64,000 bases of DNA from Planctomycetota bacterium (GTDB lineage: Bacteria > Planctomycetota > MHYJ01 > WSZJ01): positions 48,082 through 112,081 of the forward strand of contig JBBTCT010000009.1 in NCBI GenBank assembly GCA_038060895.1, given 5' to 3'. Position numbers and translations under genes: made by a program. The notes beneath the pieces are model-generated. The model was given only the letters and a program-made list of their open reading frames with translations, did not search any database and was not told where the DNA came from. Shown piece after piece: positions 30,754-39,384 of this stretch (its first letter is position 1; every line of letters starts with the position of its first letter).

Positions 30754-31407
30754 ATGAAGGAAGACACCAGCCTCGATCTTGGGGGCACGAAGCTGGGTCG
30801 TCTCCTCGTCGAAGCCAAGCTCGTGACGGAAGAGCAGCTTCGCAAGGCGACCGACTTCCAGAAGGCTGTCGGCGGCAAGCTGCCGGCGGTCATCGTCAAG
30901 CTTGGGTTCATTACCGACGACCAGGTGACGAATTTCATCGCGCGGCGGCAGAACCTGCGTATCGCCGAGCTCGACAAGGTCGTCCTGCCGGAGAACCTGA
31001 TCAAACGGGTTCCGCGGGAACTGATCGAAAAGCACACGTGCATCCCGATCGCCTTCCATGACGGCCTGTTGACCCTGGCTGTGGCGGACCCGACCGACAT
31101 CGAGGCGCTCGAGGAAATCCAGCTCGCCACCGACTACAAGATCGAGGTCGCGCTCGCTTCACGCGGCGCGCTCACGAAGGCGATCAACCAGTTCTTCTAC
31201 GCCGAAAAGCCGGTGGAAGAAACGAAATCCAAAGAGCAGCTTCTCAAGGAGCTCGAGGACTCCCCGCTTCCCAGGGAAATCGACGAGCGGGCGTCTCGCG
31301 AGGGAGTCAGCCGTGTCCAGCTTCAGCGCGCGCTTGTCCGCCTGCTCATCGAGAAACGAATTATTTCCGAGGACGAATTGATCAAGAAAGCCAAGGAGAT
31401 CGCCTAG
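30754..31407 (+). CDS. Stand-alone MshEN/T2SSE_N domain protein (no ATPase)
   Basis: KLGRLLVEAKLVTEEQLRKATDFQ, LTLAVADPTD, C-terminal LVRLLIEKRIISEDEL; SD GGAGG before ATG 30754. Confidence 0.85.
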   Translation: MKEDTSLDLGGTKLGRLLVEAKLVTEEQLRKATDFQKAVGGKLPAVIVKLGFITDDQVTNFIARRQNLRIAELDKVVLPENLIKRVPRELIEKHTCIPIAFHDGLLTLAVADPTDIEALEEIQLATDYKIEVALASRGALTKAINQFFYAEKPVEETKSKEQLLKELEDSPLPREIDERASREGVSRVQLQRALVRLLIEKRIISEDELIKKAKEIA

Positions 31408-32739
31408 ATGCCGACCGCGACCATCGACGATCTGAGCCGCGCCGTTGCACCGGTCCTGAAAGTTGACGAGGACCGCGCCAAGGCCGTCTGCAGCGCCGTG
31501 TTCGGCGCGTGCGGCGACGCGATCAAGTCTGGAAAGGGCGTCGAGTTCCGGGATTTCATCCGCGTCGGTTTCGGCGAGGGCGCCGGGTTCGCGACTGAAG
31601 CCGAAATCCAGTCGCAGGTCGCCGCGAGGGTCGGCGTTCCGCCCGACAACGCCGGCACGATGCTTCACGGCGTGCTTCAGGCCGTTCAGAAGCTCGTACT
31701 CGCTGAAAAGGACGTCGTCGCCGACTCGTTCGGCACCTTCCGCGTCCGCAAGGAACGCGCGAAAATCACGAAGGACCCCAAGCACGGCCACAAGATGCTG
31801 GCGGGCGCGAAGCGGTTTTTCGCGTTCGACCCGGGCCCGGTCTTCGCGGGGCGCACGCCGACCGTGATGGTGGCGGAGGGGTGGGCCAAGGCGGTCCAGA
31901 CGCAGCGAGTCGCAACCGTCCTCGCCGTCTTCCCCGAAAAAGACTTCTTCGTCGATTGCATCATCTACTACTTCAACAAGGCCGGCTGGAAGACGAACGT
32001 CGCCACCAACGTCGAGGAAGCCGAAAAACTGATGAACGACGGCGGCGTCTACCTGACGATCATCGACAGCGGCGTGAAGGAATTCCAGCGCCTCGCTGAA
32101 GGCGTGAAGACCAACCGCGGGACGGCTCACGTTCCGCTCGTCATCGTCTTCCCCGCGAACTCCAACCTCGACTCGCCGAAACAGTTCATGATCTGCGGCG
32201 ACGCCCACGTCGTGCAACCGTTCGAGGTCAAGAAGCTCTTCAATATCTGCGACGACGAACTCGTCCGGTCGTCCGAAGAAGAAGTCATCTTCGAGCAGCA
32301 GGTGCTCTTCCAGTTCCCCACCGAGGACGGTGCGATCGAAAAGGCCAACGAATTCGGCCGGGTGCTTTTCGAGGGCAGCGGCCTCCCGGAAGAGGACCAG
32401 GTCGCCATCGCGGCGGCGTTCCGCGAGGGCATCGGCAACGCGGCGCAGCACGGGAACAAGTACCGGCGGGACAAGAAGGTCGAGATCCTGTACCTGCTCG
32501 ACAAAGAGAAGATCACCTGCATGGTCAAGGACCAGGGCCAGGGATTCGATCACGAGAAGTACGTGAAGAAGGGCAAGGCGGGCGACGCTCTGAACGCGGC
32601 GCGCGAGCGGCACAAGGAAGGCAAGCTGGGCGGCCTCGGAATCATGCTGATGTTGAAGTGCTGCGACCGGCTTGAGTACAACGACGTCGGGAACGCGGTG
32701 ACGCTGACGAAGTTCCTGAAAAAGGCCGGAGAGAACTAG
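31408..32739 (+). CDS. HU/IHF-like tandem domain + pseudo-receiver + RsbW-type HATPase (anti-sigma/Ser kinase) fusion
   Basis: FGTFRVRKERAKITKDPKHG..FAFDPG; LTIIDS...VVQPF; EGIGNAAQHGN, DQGQGFD, GGLGIMLM, GNAVTLTK. Confidence 0.8.
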   Translation: MPTATIDDLSRAVAPVLKVDEDRAKAVCSAVFGACGDAIKSGKGVEFRDFIRVGFGEGAGFATEAEIQSQVAARVGVPPDNAGTMLHGVLQAVQKLVLAEKDVVADSFGTFRVRKERAKITKDPKHGHKMLAGAKRFFAFDPGPVFAGRTPTVMVAEGWAKAVQTQRVATVLAVFPEKDFFVDCIIYYFNKAGWKTNVATNVEEAEKLMNDGGVYLTIIDSGVKEFQRLAEGVKTNRGTAHVPLVIVFPANSNLDSPKQFMICGDAHVVQPFEVKKLFNICDDELVRSSEEEVIFEQQVLFQFPTEDGAIEKANEFGRVLFEGSGLPEEDQVAIAAAFREGIGNAAQHGNKYRRDKKVEILYLLDKEKITCMVKDQGQGFDHEKYVKKGKAGDALNAARERHKEGKLGGLGIMLMLKCCDRLEYNDVGNAVTLTKFLKKAGEN

Positions 32740-32769
32740 GCGGCAGGCGGGCGGTAACCGGACGACACG

Positions 32770-32798
32770 GGGGCGCGCGCGAGCGCGCCTCTTTTTTT
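32770..32798 (+). terminator. Rho-independent terminator
   Basis: GGGGCGCGC-GCGA-GCGCGCCTC followed by T7. Confidence 0.8.
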
Positions 32799-32832
32799 CG
32801 ACGCGCAACGGGTTCAAGCAGGCGGCATCGCG

Positions 32833-33516
32833 ATGGCGACTCCCACGGATCCCCCGGTCGTGACGGTCGAGCGCTCGTTCGAGTCGCCCGCGGACGTCGT
32901 CTGGGCGTCCCTGACCCGCCCCGAAATCCTCGCGGAGTGGTTTCGCGATGGGGCGCAGGCCGAAGTGAGGCCCGGCGGTGTCCTGCGCGACACGGCAGGC
33001 GACGCCGGCGAATTTCTCGAGGTCGAGGAGCCGCGACGGCTGGTGTTGTCCTGGAAGCGGGTCGAGGGCGATCCCGCGCGGCTGGTCTTCGAAATCGGCG
33101 CGGACGGCGCGCGGACGACGCTTAAGGTCCAGCTGTCGGCGCTTCCGAGCGAAAAGGAATGCGTCCGCCAGGCGGAGTTCTGGCACTGGGCCATCGACTC
33201 GCTCGAGTCCTTCCTCAAGTCAGGGTTCGGGATTCCGTACGAGCCCTGGCGCGAGATGCAGGCGGAGCTGCACCGGCGCGCGGCAGTGAAGTCGGCGACC
33301 GAAGCGGCGGAGGAGCGCAAGGAAGCGGGAGTCGTGCTCGCGCCGCTGGCGGAGGCGCCGGTGATGGCCTCCGCGTCGCGACCGGTGACGAAGAAGCTTC
33401 CCCCGAAGGCGCCGCCGAAATCGAAGCCGGCGGCAAAGAAGAACCCGGCAAAGCGGCCTGCGGTAAAGAAGCCGAAAGCCCGCGGCGCAAAGCGCGGGCG
33501 CCGGCCGAAGCGCTGA
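32833..33516 (+). CDS. SRPBCC/AHSA1 domain protein with Lys/Pro/Ala-rich tail
   Basis: ERSFESPADVVWASLTRPEILAEWF, EVEEPRRLVLSW; PKAPPKSKPAAKK tail. Confidence 0.8.
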   Translation: MATPTDPPVVTVERSFESPADVVWASLTRPEILAEWFRDGAQAEVRPGGVLRDTAGDAGEFLEVEEPRRLVLSWKRVEGDPARLVFEIGADGARTTLKVQLSALPSEKECVRQAEFWHWAIDSLESFLKSGFGIPYEPWREMQAELHRRAAVKSATEAAEERKEAGVVLAPLAEAPVMASASRPVTKKLPPKAPPKSKPAAKKNPAKRPAVKKPKARGAKRGRRPKR

Positions 33517-33529
33517 ACCGTCGCTGACC

Positions 33530-34735
33530 ATGTGGCCCTTCAGCCGCAAGGAACGCCCCCTCGACCGGGCCGCTTTCGCGGCCCTGTTTGAGGAGAGGCT
33601 TCGAGCAGCCGGGGAACAGAGGCCGATCGCGCGCGACATGCAGGCCTTCGCTCTGGTGGTGGGAGACGGGGCCTTGCGCATCTTCCTCGGGAACCACCTC
33701 GACGAGTACAACGCCGCCGCCAGGCCCGCCCGCGAAGCCCTCCTGGCGCGCGCGGTGCGAACCGCCGCCAGGCCGCTGGAAATTCCTCCATCGTTCGCCG
33801 CTGCGCTTCCGGCCCTGCTGCCCCGCCTGCGGATGCGTGTCTTCCACGAATTCCTCCGCCTGCGCGCCGACGCCGGCGGGCCCGCGATCCCGGAAATTCC
33901 CTTCCGCATCGTTGCGAACCACTTCGCCGCGAGCCTGGCGTACGACGGGCCCGACTCGGTTGCCGCGATCGCGGGGTCTAAGCTGGAGGAGTGGAACGTG
34001 GGGTTCGAAGCAGCCCTCGCGGCCGCGCTCGCAAACCTGGAGCGGCGAAGCGGCGGCAAGTGGGAGAAGCCGATGCGCGGCGTGCTTTGTTCGCCGTGGC
34101 ACGACGATCACGACGCCGCCCGGCTGCTGCTGGTGGACCTGGTGCGCGGGCTCGGCCTGAAGGGCGACCCGGTCGCGATGATCCCGAGCCAGAACCAGCT
34201 GCTGCTGGCGGGTTCCGATGACCCGGAGGGGCTGGCGTCGATGGCCAACCTGGCCGGGAAGTCGCTTCAGAAGCCGCGCGCCATGAGCGGTGTCGCCATC
34301 CGGCTCTCCGGGCGCGAATGGGCGCCGTTCACGCCCGCGGAAGGCTCTCCCGTCGCCTGGGGGCTGCGCGCGTTCGCGCTGCACTCGTTGTCGCAGGAGT
34401 ACGCGGAGCAGAAGGAACTGCTGGAGGCGCGCTTCGCGGCGAGGAAGGAGGACGTGTACGTCGCCGGGTTGATGCTGATCCGGTCGAAGGACTCGGACCG
34501 GGTTTCGACGCTGACGACGTGGACGGAGGGGGTGGAAGCGTTCTTGCCGGAGGCTGAAGCGATCGGGTTCATGAAGGTCACGGGCGTGGAGAAGGCGGAG
34601 ATGCGAGGAATGGTGCCGTGGGCGCGTGCGGCGGCGGTCCTCGGGAATGCGATGAAGCCGGAGGGGTTCTACCCTGCTCGCTTTCGAGTCTGCGGATTTC
34701 CGACGGAAGGGCAATTTGAGGAGATGGGCTTGTGA
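33530..34735 (+). CDS. Hypothetical protein (DUF1444-like central region)
   Basis: AYDGPD...WNVGFEAALAAALANL, DHDAARLLL, VAMIPSQNQLL. Confidence 0.65.
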   Translation: MWPFSRKERPLDRAAFAALFEERLRAAGEQRPIARDMQAFALVVGDGALRIFLGNHLDEYNAAARPAREALLARAVRTAARPLEIPPSFAAALPALLPRLRMRVFHEFLRLRADAGGPAIPEIPFRIVANHFAASLAYDGPDSVAAIAGSKLEEWNVGFEAALAAALANLERRSGGKWEKPMRGVLCSPWHDDHDAARLLLVDLVRGLGLKGDPVAMIPSQNQLLLAGSDDPEGLASMANLAGKSLQKPRAMSGVAIRLSGREWAPFTPAEGSPVAWGLRAFALHSLSQEYAEQKELLEARFAARKEDVYVAGLMLIRSKDSDRVSTLTTWTEGVEAFLPEAEAIGFMKVTGVEKAEMRGMVPWARAAAVLGNAMKPEGFYPARFRVCGFPTEGQFEEMGL

Positions 34736-35000
34736 CGGCATGGACCGCGAGCTCGGGCGATCGGACGGTGGGGAGCGATGGGGAGAAAGCTGAGTCCGGG
34801 GTGCCGGATGTCGCGAAAGAAGTTGTGGAGGTCGTCGAAACTTGAAAAAATATGCCGGATTCCATTGTCAATACTTGACATTCAATTTAAGTCCTTATTC
34901 GAAATAGACTTAAGATGAAGCGCTGCGCCTGAAAAATCCGAACTGCTCGAGATTGCGCTTCGACCTGCCAACTTTTGACCCCCGACGTTTCCATTCGGAA

Positions 35001-35048
35001 ACACAACCTGTAGTGGCTATTTCAGATTGATAGCCCTTCACATGGTGA
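35001..35048. promoter_or_regulatory. Putative tandem NrdR-box-like sites
   Basis: ACACAACCTGTAGTGG (35001) and GCCCTTCACATGGTGA (35033), 32 bp apart. Confidence 0.4.
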
Positions 35049-35132
35049 CGGCGCCCCACTCATGTGAATCTTCGTAAGCACTTCACGATTTTCAAGTTGC
35101 GGCCTTGACTAGCCGAAGAGGACATCGTAAAA

Positions 35133-35193
35133 GTGCAGCAACTGGGGAGCAGTGGGGTACAATCCCATTCAGACCCAGACAGTGGCAGGTGGG
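35133..35193 (+). promoter_or_regulatory. MraZ-binding (dcw) box repeats
   Basis: TGGG at 35143 and 35153 (10-bp period) plus GTGGC/GTGGG copies upstream of mraZ. Confidence 0.5.
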
Positions 35194-35219
35194 AACGGCG
35201 GGTACCACGGGGCGCGGCG

Positions 35220-35678
35220 ATGGCTGATTCCAAAACGAGGCTAAGCGGCAACCACTCCCAGGTTGTCGACCAGAAGCATCGTGTCGTCATCCCGGCACGC
35301 TTCCGCGAAGTCCTTGGCGACCACGTCAAGGTCGGTGTCTACCCCCTCGAGGACTTCTTCGTCCTCACCGTGTGCTCCCCCGCAATCTACGCCGAGCGCA
35401 TGGAGGCGCTGGAAAAGCGCGCCGAAAACGACCCGAAGCTCGACTCGGCGATCACGATTCTCGAGGGCACGACCCAGGAGCTCGACCTCGACGACCAGGG
35501 CCGCGTGACTCTCACGGCCGAACTCAAGGCCAAGGCCGGAATCGAGCGCGACGTCGTCGTCATCGGCCGCGGCAATTACCTGCAGATCTGGACGCAGGGA
35601 CGCTGGGAAGACTTCCAGAAGAAAGCGTTTGAAACGCCCGGAGGGATGCGGGAGAGCATCTTCCGGCGTTCTCAATAG
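35220..35678 (+). CDS. mraZ: Division/cell wall cluster regulator MraZ
   Basis: VDQKHRVVIPARFR, LDDQGRVTL, IGRGNYLQIW; heads the dcw cluster. Confidence 0.92.
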   Translation: MADSKTRLSGNHSQVVDQKHRVVIPARFREVLGDHVKVGVYPLEDFFVLTVCSPAIYAERMEALEKRAENDPKLDSAITILEGTTQELDLDDQGRVTLTAELKAKAGIERDVVVIGRGNYLQIWTQGRWEDFQKKAFETPGGMRESIFRRSQ

Positions 35679-35724
35679 TCAGTTAACCAACGGGGCGCGG
35701 GCGGCGGAGAGAAGGGGTGAACTT

Positions 35725-35988
35725 ATGTCCGAGAAGCGTGATTCTTTCGACGTGGTGAAGGACCTCCTGAATGCAAGGAACGAAGGAATGCTCGACATGA
35801 ACGTGCTGCGCGATGCGCGGCCGCACGTCGAGGAAGTCGTCCGCCGTCTCGAGCGCCTGCGGGCGATCAGCCCCGCGTTCGCCGGCGTCGGCTTCGGCGA
35901 GAGTCTCTACGAACTCGTCAAAGAGCTCGGCATCGGGAAGAAGCAGTACCGCTTCCCGCTCCTGACGCGCGTCGCCGCCCTGCTGTAG
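35725..35988 (+). CDS. Small protein (87 aa) between mraZ and rsmH, possibly degenerate STAS-like
   Basis: SD AAGGGG, ATG 35725; stop overlaps the rsmH GTG; host-like codon usage. Confidence 0.65.
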   Translation: MSEKRDSFDVVKDLLNARNEGMLDMNVLRDARPHVEEVVRRLERLRAISPAFAGVGFGESLYELVKELGIGKKQYRFPLLTRVAALL

Positions 35989-36869
35989 TGGGGGACCACG
36001 CGCCAGTCCTGGTCGCGGAGTTCCTGGCGCTGGCCGATCCGAAACCCGGCGAAAGCTGGGTGGACGGGACGGCCGGCGCCGGGGGGCACGCCCGGGAGAT
36101 CCTGGGAAGGATCGGTCCTGGCGGGCGCCTGATCGGGTTGGACCGCGATCCGGTGGCCGTGGAACTTGCCCGTTCGAGACTCGGGAGAGGCGCGAACGTG
36201 CAAATCGAGCTGGGCTCGTACGAACACGTCGAGGAGGCCGCGCAACGCCTCTGGGGAGGCGCAAAGTGCGACGGCATTCTGCTCGACCTGGGCGTCTCGA
36301 GCCTCCAGCTCGACGACCCGGCGCGCGGGTTCTCTTTCTCGCGCCCCGGGCCGCTCGACATGCGGATGGGGCCTGATTCAGAGCGGTCGGCAGCGGAGCT
36401 GGTGAACGGGGCGTCGGCGGAAGAGCTGGAACGGATCTTCCGCGAGTACGGCGAAGAACGTCAGTCGAGGCGGGCGGCGGACACGATCGTGCGCGAACGG
36501 AAGGGGAAGCCGTTCTCGGACACGGCGCGTCTGGCGGAAGTGGTGGCGGGGGCGGTCGGGGGGAAACGGGGGCGGACTCACCCGGCGACGCGCGTCTTCC
36601 AGGCGATCCGGATCGCGGTCAACCGCGAACTGGAGCGCCTGAAGGTCGCGCTCGACCGGTTGCCGGCGCTTCTCAACCCCGGCGGCCGTTTCGCCGTCAT
36701 CTCCTTCCACTCGCTCGAGGACCGGATGGTGAAGGGGAAGTTCAGGGAGCTTGGGCGTCAAGGCGGGTGGCAGGTCCTGACGAAACATGTGTCGGTCGCG
36801 TCGCGCGAAGAGGAGTTGAGCAACCCGAGGAGCCGGAGCGCGAAGTTGAGGGTGATTCGTCGGGAGTAG
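35988..36869 (+). CDS. rsmH: 16S rRNA m4C1402 methyltransferase
   Basis: H.PVL, DGTAGAGGH, DLGVSS.QLD, LDMRM, HPATRVFQAIRIAVN, NPRSRSAKLR. Confidence 0.97.
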   Translation: MGDHAPVLVAEFLALADPKPGESWVDGTAGAGGHAREILGRIGPGGRLIGLDRDPVAVELARSRLGRGANVQIELGSYEHVEEAAQRLWGGAKCDGILLDLGVSSLQLDDPARGFSFSRPGPLDMRMGPDSERSAAELVNGASAEELERIFREYGEERQSRRAADTIVRERKGKPFSDTARLAEVVAGAVGGKRGRTHPATRVFQAIRIAVNRELERLKVALDRLPALLNPGGRFAVISFHSLEDRMVKGKFRELGRQGGWQVLTKHVSVASREEELSNPRSRSAKLRVIRRE

Positions 36870-36900
36870 TGGGTAGTTGGTAGTTGGTAGTGGGTAGGGA
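36866..36900. repeat. Heptamer tandem repeat (GTAGNNN x5)
   Basis: gtagtgg gtagttg gtagttg gtagtgg gtaggga. Confidence 0.8.
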
Positions 36901-36923
36901 CAGCCAGGAAAAGGGGAGATGAC

Positions 36924-37244
36924 TTGAAGACTTCACGGCCCATCCTGCTGGTGGCGCTCTTTCTGCTCGTCGGGCTGCTGACGGTGTGGCAGCAGGCGGA
37001 GACGCTTCGGCTCGGGTACCGGATCCGCGATCGCGAGCAACGGCTCGCGGAGCTGGAACGCGAGCGGCGTCGATTGGAGGCCGAAGTGGGCCGGTGCAAG
37101 GCGCCCGCGACGCTGATGGACCGCGCCACGGCCCTGGGAGTAGACCTGGTCGTACCGCAAGACTGGCGAGTCCTGAAGCCAGGTCAAGCCGCGCCACTCA
37201 CTTCGGAGCGAGTCGTAGACGCCAGGAATCCAGGAAGGCCCTGA
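36924..37244 (+). CDS. ftsL: FtsL-like protein
   Basis: Single TM then coiled coil (LRLGYRI..L.ELERERRRLEAE); between rsmH and the PBP; TTG start with SD GGGGAG. Confidence 0.75.
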   Translation: MKTSRPILLVALFLLVGLLTVWQQAETLRLGYRIRDREQRLAELERERRRLEAEVGRCKAPATLMDRATALGVDLVVPQDWRVLKPGQAAPLTSERVVDARNPGRP

Positions 37245-37259
37245 CAAGCCAGGCAAGAC

Positions 37260-37296
37260 TCCCTACCCCCTACCTCCTACTCACTACCCCCTACTC
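37260..37296. repeat. Heptamer tandem repeat (NNNCTAC x5), inverted relative to 36866-36900
   Basis: tccctac cccctac ctcctac tcactac cccctac. Confidence 0.75.
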
Positions 37297-37361
37297 ACCC
37301 CTCAACACTCCCAACTCTCTCCTTTCCTTACCACCACGCCGCCGCACCCCGGAGCCCTACG

Positions 37362-39161
37362 GTGTTCACCCAAGGCCTGCCCGAACCAAAACCCGCGAAC
37401 ATGCGGGCCGGGGCCGCGCCGACCTCACGCCCGGCCGGCTGGAAGTTTGACCTGGGCTTCGCTTGCTTCGCCTGTCTCTTCCTCGCCCTCGGCCTGCGCC
37501 TCTGGGCGATCCAGGTGCGCGGCCACGACAAGGCCGTCGCCGAGCAGGAATCCCAGGCCTGGGCTCTCGAGGAAATCGAGCCCCAGCGCGGCGACATCGT
37601 CGACCGCGACGGCCGCATGCTGGCGATCTCGAAGCGCGTCCCGAGCTGCTTCGCGGACCCGAAGTACCTGGAAGATCCGGACGACGCGGCCGCAAAGCTG
37701 TCCGCGACGCTCGGACTGGACCGGGAAGCGCTTCTCAAGAAACTGAAAAGCGGCCGGCGGTTCACCTGGGTGAAGCGGCGGTGCTCGTCGGAGGAAGAGG
37801 AGGTCGTCAGGGCGATGAAACTGCGCGGCGTCGGGTTCGAGAGCGACACGCGCCGGGCGTACGTGCTCGGAAATTCGATGGGACAGGTGCTCGGGTACGT
37901 GGACATCGACGGGTTCGGGCTGGAAGGGCTGGAGCGCGAGTACCAGCAGGTCATGGCGGGGCGGGCGGGGGAGCAGTGGGTGTTGCGCGACGCAAAGCGC
38001 GACATGATCAGCAGCTTCACACGCCCGGTGAAGGACGCGCGGCCCGGGGCAACGCTCCAATTGACGATCGACGCGCGAATCCAGAACGTCGCGGAGCAGG
38101 CGCTGGCGAAGGTGATGGAGAAGCACTCGCCGGAGAGCGCGGTGGCGGTGGTGACGGACCCGCGGACGGGGGAGATCCTGGCGATTGCGGGGTACCCGAA
38201 CTATGACCCGAACAACCCGGCGGCGGGGAAGCCCGAGGCGCGGCGGTGCCGGGCGGCGACGGATTTCTTCGAGCCGGGATCGACGTTCAAGGGCGTTGTG
38301 ATGGCGGGGTTGCTGGAGAAGGGGCTGGTGAAGCCCGGAGAGATGATCGACTGCGCCGGCGGGTCGTGGAACTACCGGGGGCGGACGATCTCGGACGTGC
38401 ACGGGCACGGCGCGATTTCCGTCGCCGACGTGCTGATCGTCAGCTCGAACGTCGGCATGGCGAAGATGGCGACGCGGATGAAGCCGACGGACCTCGAAGC
38501 CTGGATCCGCGGGTTCGGGTTCGGGAAAGTCACGGGAGCCGGGATTCCTGGCGAAACGCCCGGCGTCGTCCCGCGCGAGCACCCGTGGAAGCCCCAGACG
38601 CTCGTCAGCGCTTCCTTCGGTTATGCCGTCGGCGTGACCCCGCTCCAGCTCGCCCAGGCGTACGGGGCGATCGCCAACGGCGGAACAATCCTGCCGCCGC
38701 ACCTCGTCAAGGCGGTTCTCGACGATCGCGGCGAAGAAATCGAAATGTCCCCGCTTCCCCCGGGAAATCGCTACCTCAGCACCAAAGTCAGCCGCGACAT
38801 CGTGTCGATGATGATTCAGGTCGTGGAGCGCGGGACCGCGAAGTCCGCGAAGCTCGACGGCTGGCTGGTGGCGGGAAAGACGGGGACGACGAAGCTCCTC
38901 GGCAAGGACGGGAAGTACGCGGCTGGGAAATACGCTTCGAGTTTCGTCGGGTTTGCGCCGGCGGACGACCCGAGGCTGCTGGTGGTCGTGGTCGTGAAGG
39001 AGCCGCAGGGGGCGTACTACGGCGGGACGGTGGCGGCCCCGGCGGTCGGTGAAATCCTGAGGGAAGGACTGACGCTGCTGGAAGTCAGGCCCGACGCAGC
39101 GAAGGTCAAGTTGAAGCGCGAGGAGTTCGCAAGAAAGACGGCTACGGAGGGACGGCGATGA
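37362..39161 (+). CDS. ftsI: Class B penicillin-binding protein (FtsI/PBP3)
   Basis: RGDIVDR, GLEGLE, EPGSTFK (SxxK), SSN, KTGT; start uncertain (37362 or 37401). Confidence 0.92.
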   Translation: MFTQGLPEPKPANMRAGAAPTSRPAGWKFDLGFACFACLFLALGLRLWAIQVRGHDKAVAEQESQAWALEEIEPQRGDIVDRDGRMLAISKRVPSCFADPKYLEDPDDAAAKLSATLGLDREALLKKLKSGRRFTWVKRRCSSEEEEVVRAMKLRGVGFESDTRRAYVLGNSMGQVLGYVDIDGFGLEGLEREYQQVMAGRAGEQWVLRDAKRDMISSFTRPVKDARPGATLQLTIDARIQNVAEQALAKVMEKHSPESAVAVVTDPRTGEILAIAGYPNYDPNNPAAGKPEARRCRAATDFFEPGSTFKGVVMAGLLEKGLVKPGEMIDCAGGSWNYRGRTISDVHGHGAISVADVLIVSSNVGMAKMATRMKPTDLEAWIRGFGFGKVTGAGIPGETPGVVPREHPWKPQTLVSASFGYAVGVTPLQLAQAYGAIANGGTILPPHLVKAVLDDRGEEIEMSPLPPGNRYLSTKVSRDIVSMMIQVVERGTAKSAKLDGWLVAGKTGTTKLLGKDGKYAAGKYASSFVGFAPADDPRLLVVVVVKEPQGAYYGGTVAAPAVGEILREGLTLLEVRPDAAKVKLKREEFARKTATEGRR

Positions 39162-39241
39162 GAGTTCTCGTGGCAATCTGGGAAACGCTGGCGGAAGCGG
39201 CGGTGTTGCTTGGGGAGTGACGGCAGGGGATGGGGAACGAC

Positions 39242-39287
39242 GGGATAGGGATGGGGCGGGATGGGGATCGGGATTGGGATGGGGCTT
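39242..39287. repeat. Hexamer (GGGATN) tandem repeat between ftsI and murE
   Basis: gggata gggatg ... gggatc gggatt gggatg. Confidence 0.65.
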
Positions 39288-39384
39288 GAACATCGCGTTG
39301 GCCTCGGAACCGGCGCGACCTGATGGTGAAGCGGTCGGGATTCTCGACTTGCTTTGCCCGCTCGGGGTGGAGAGGAGAGGGGAC

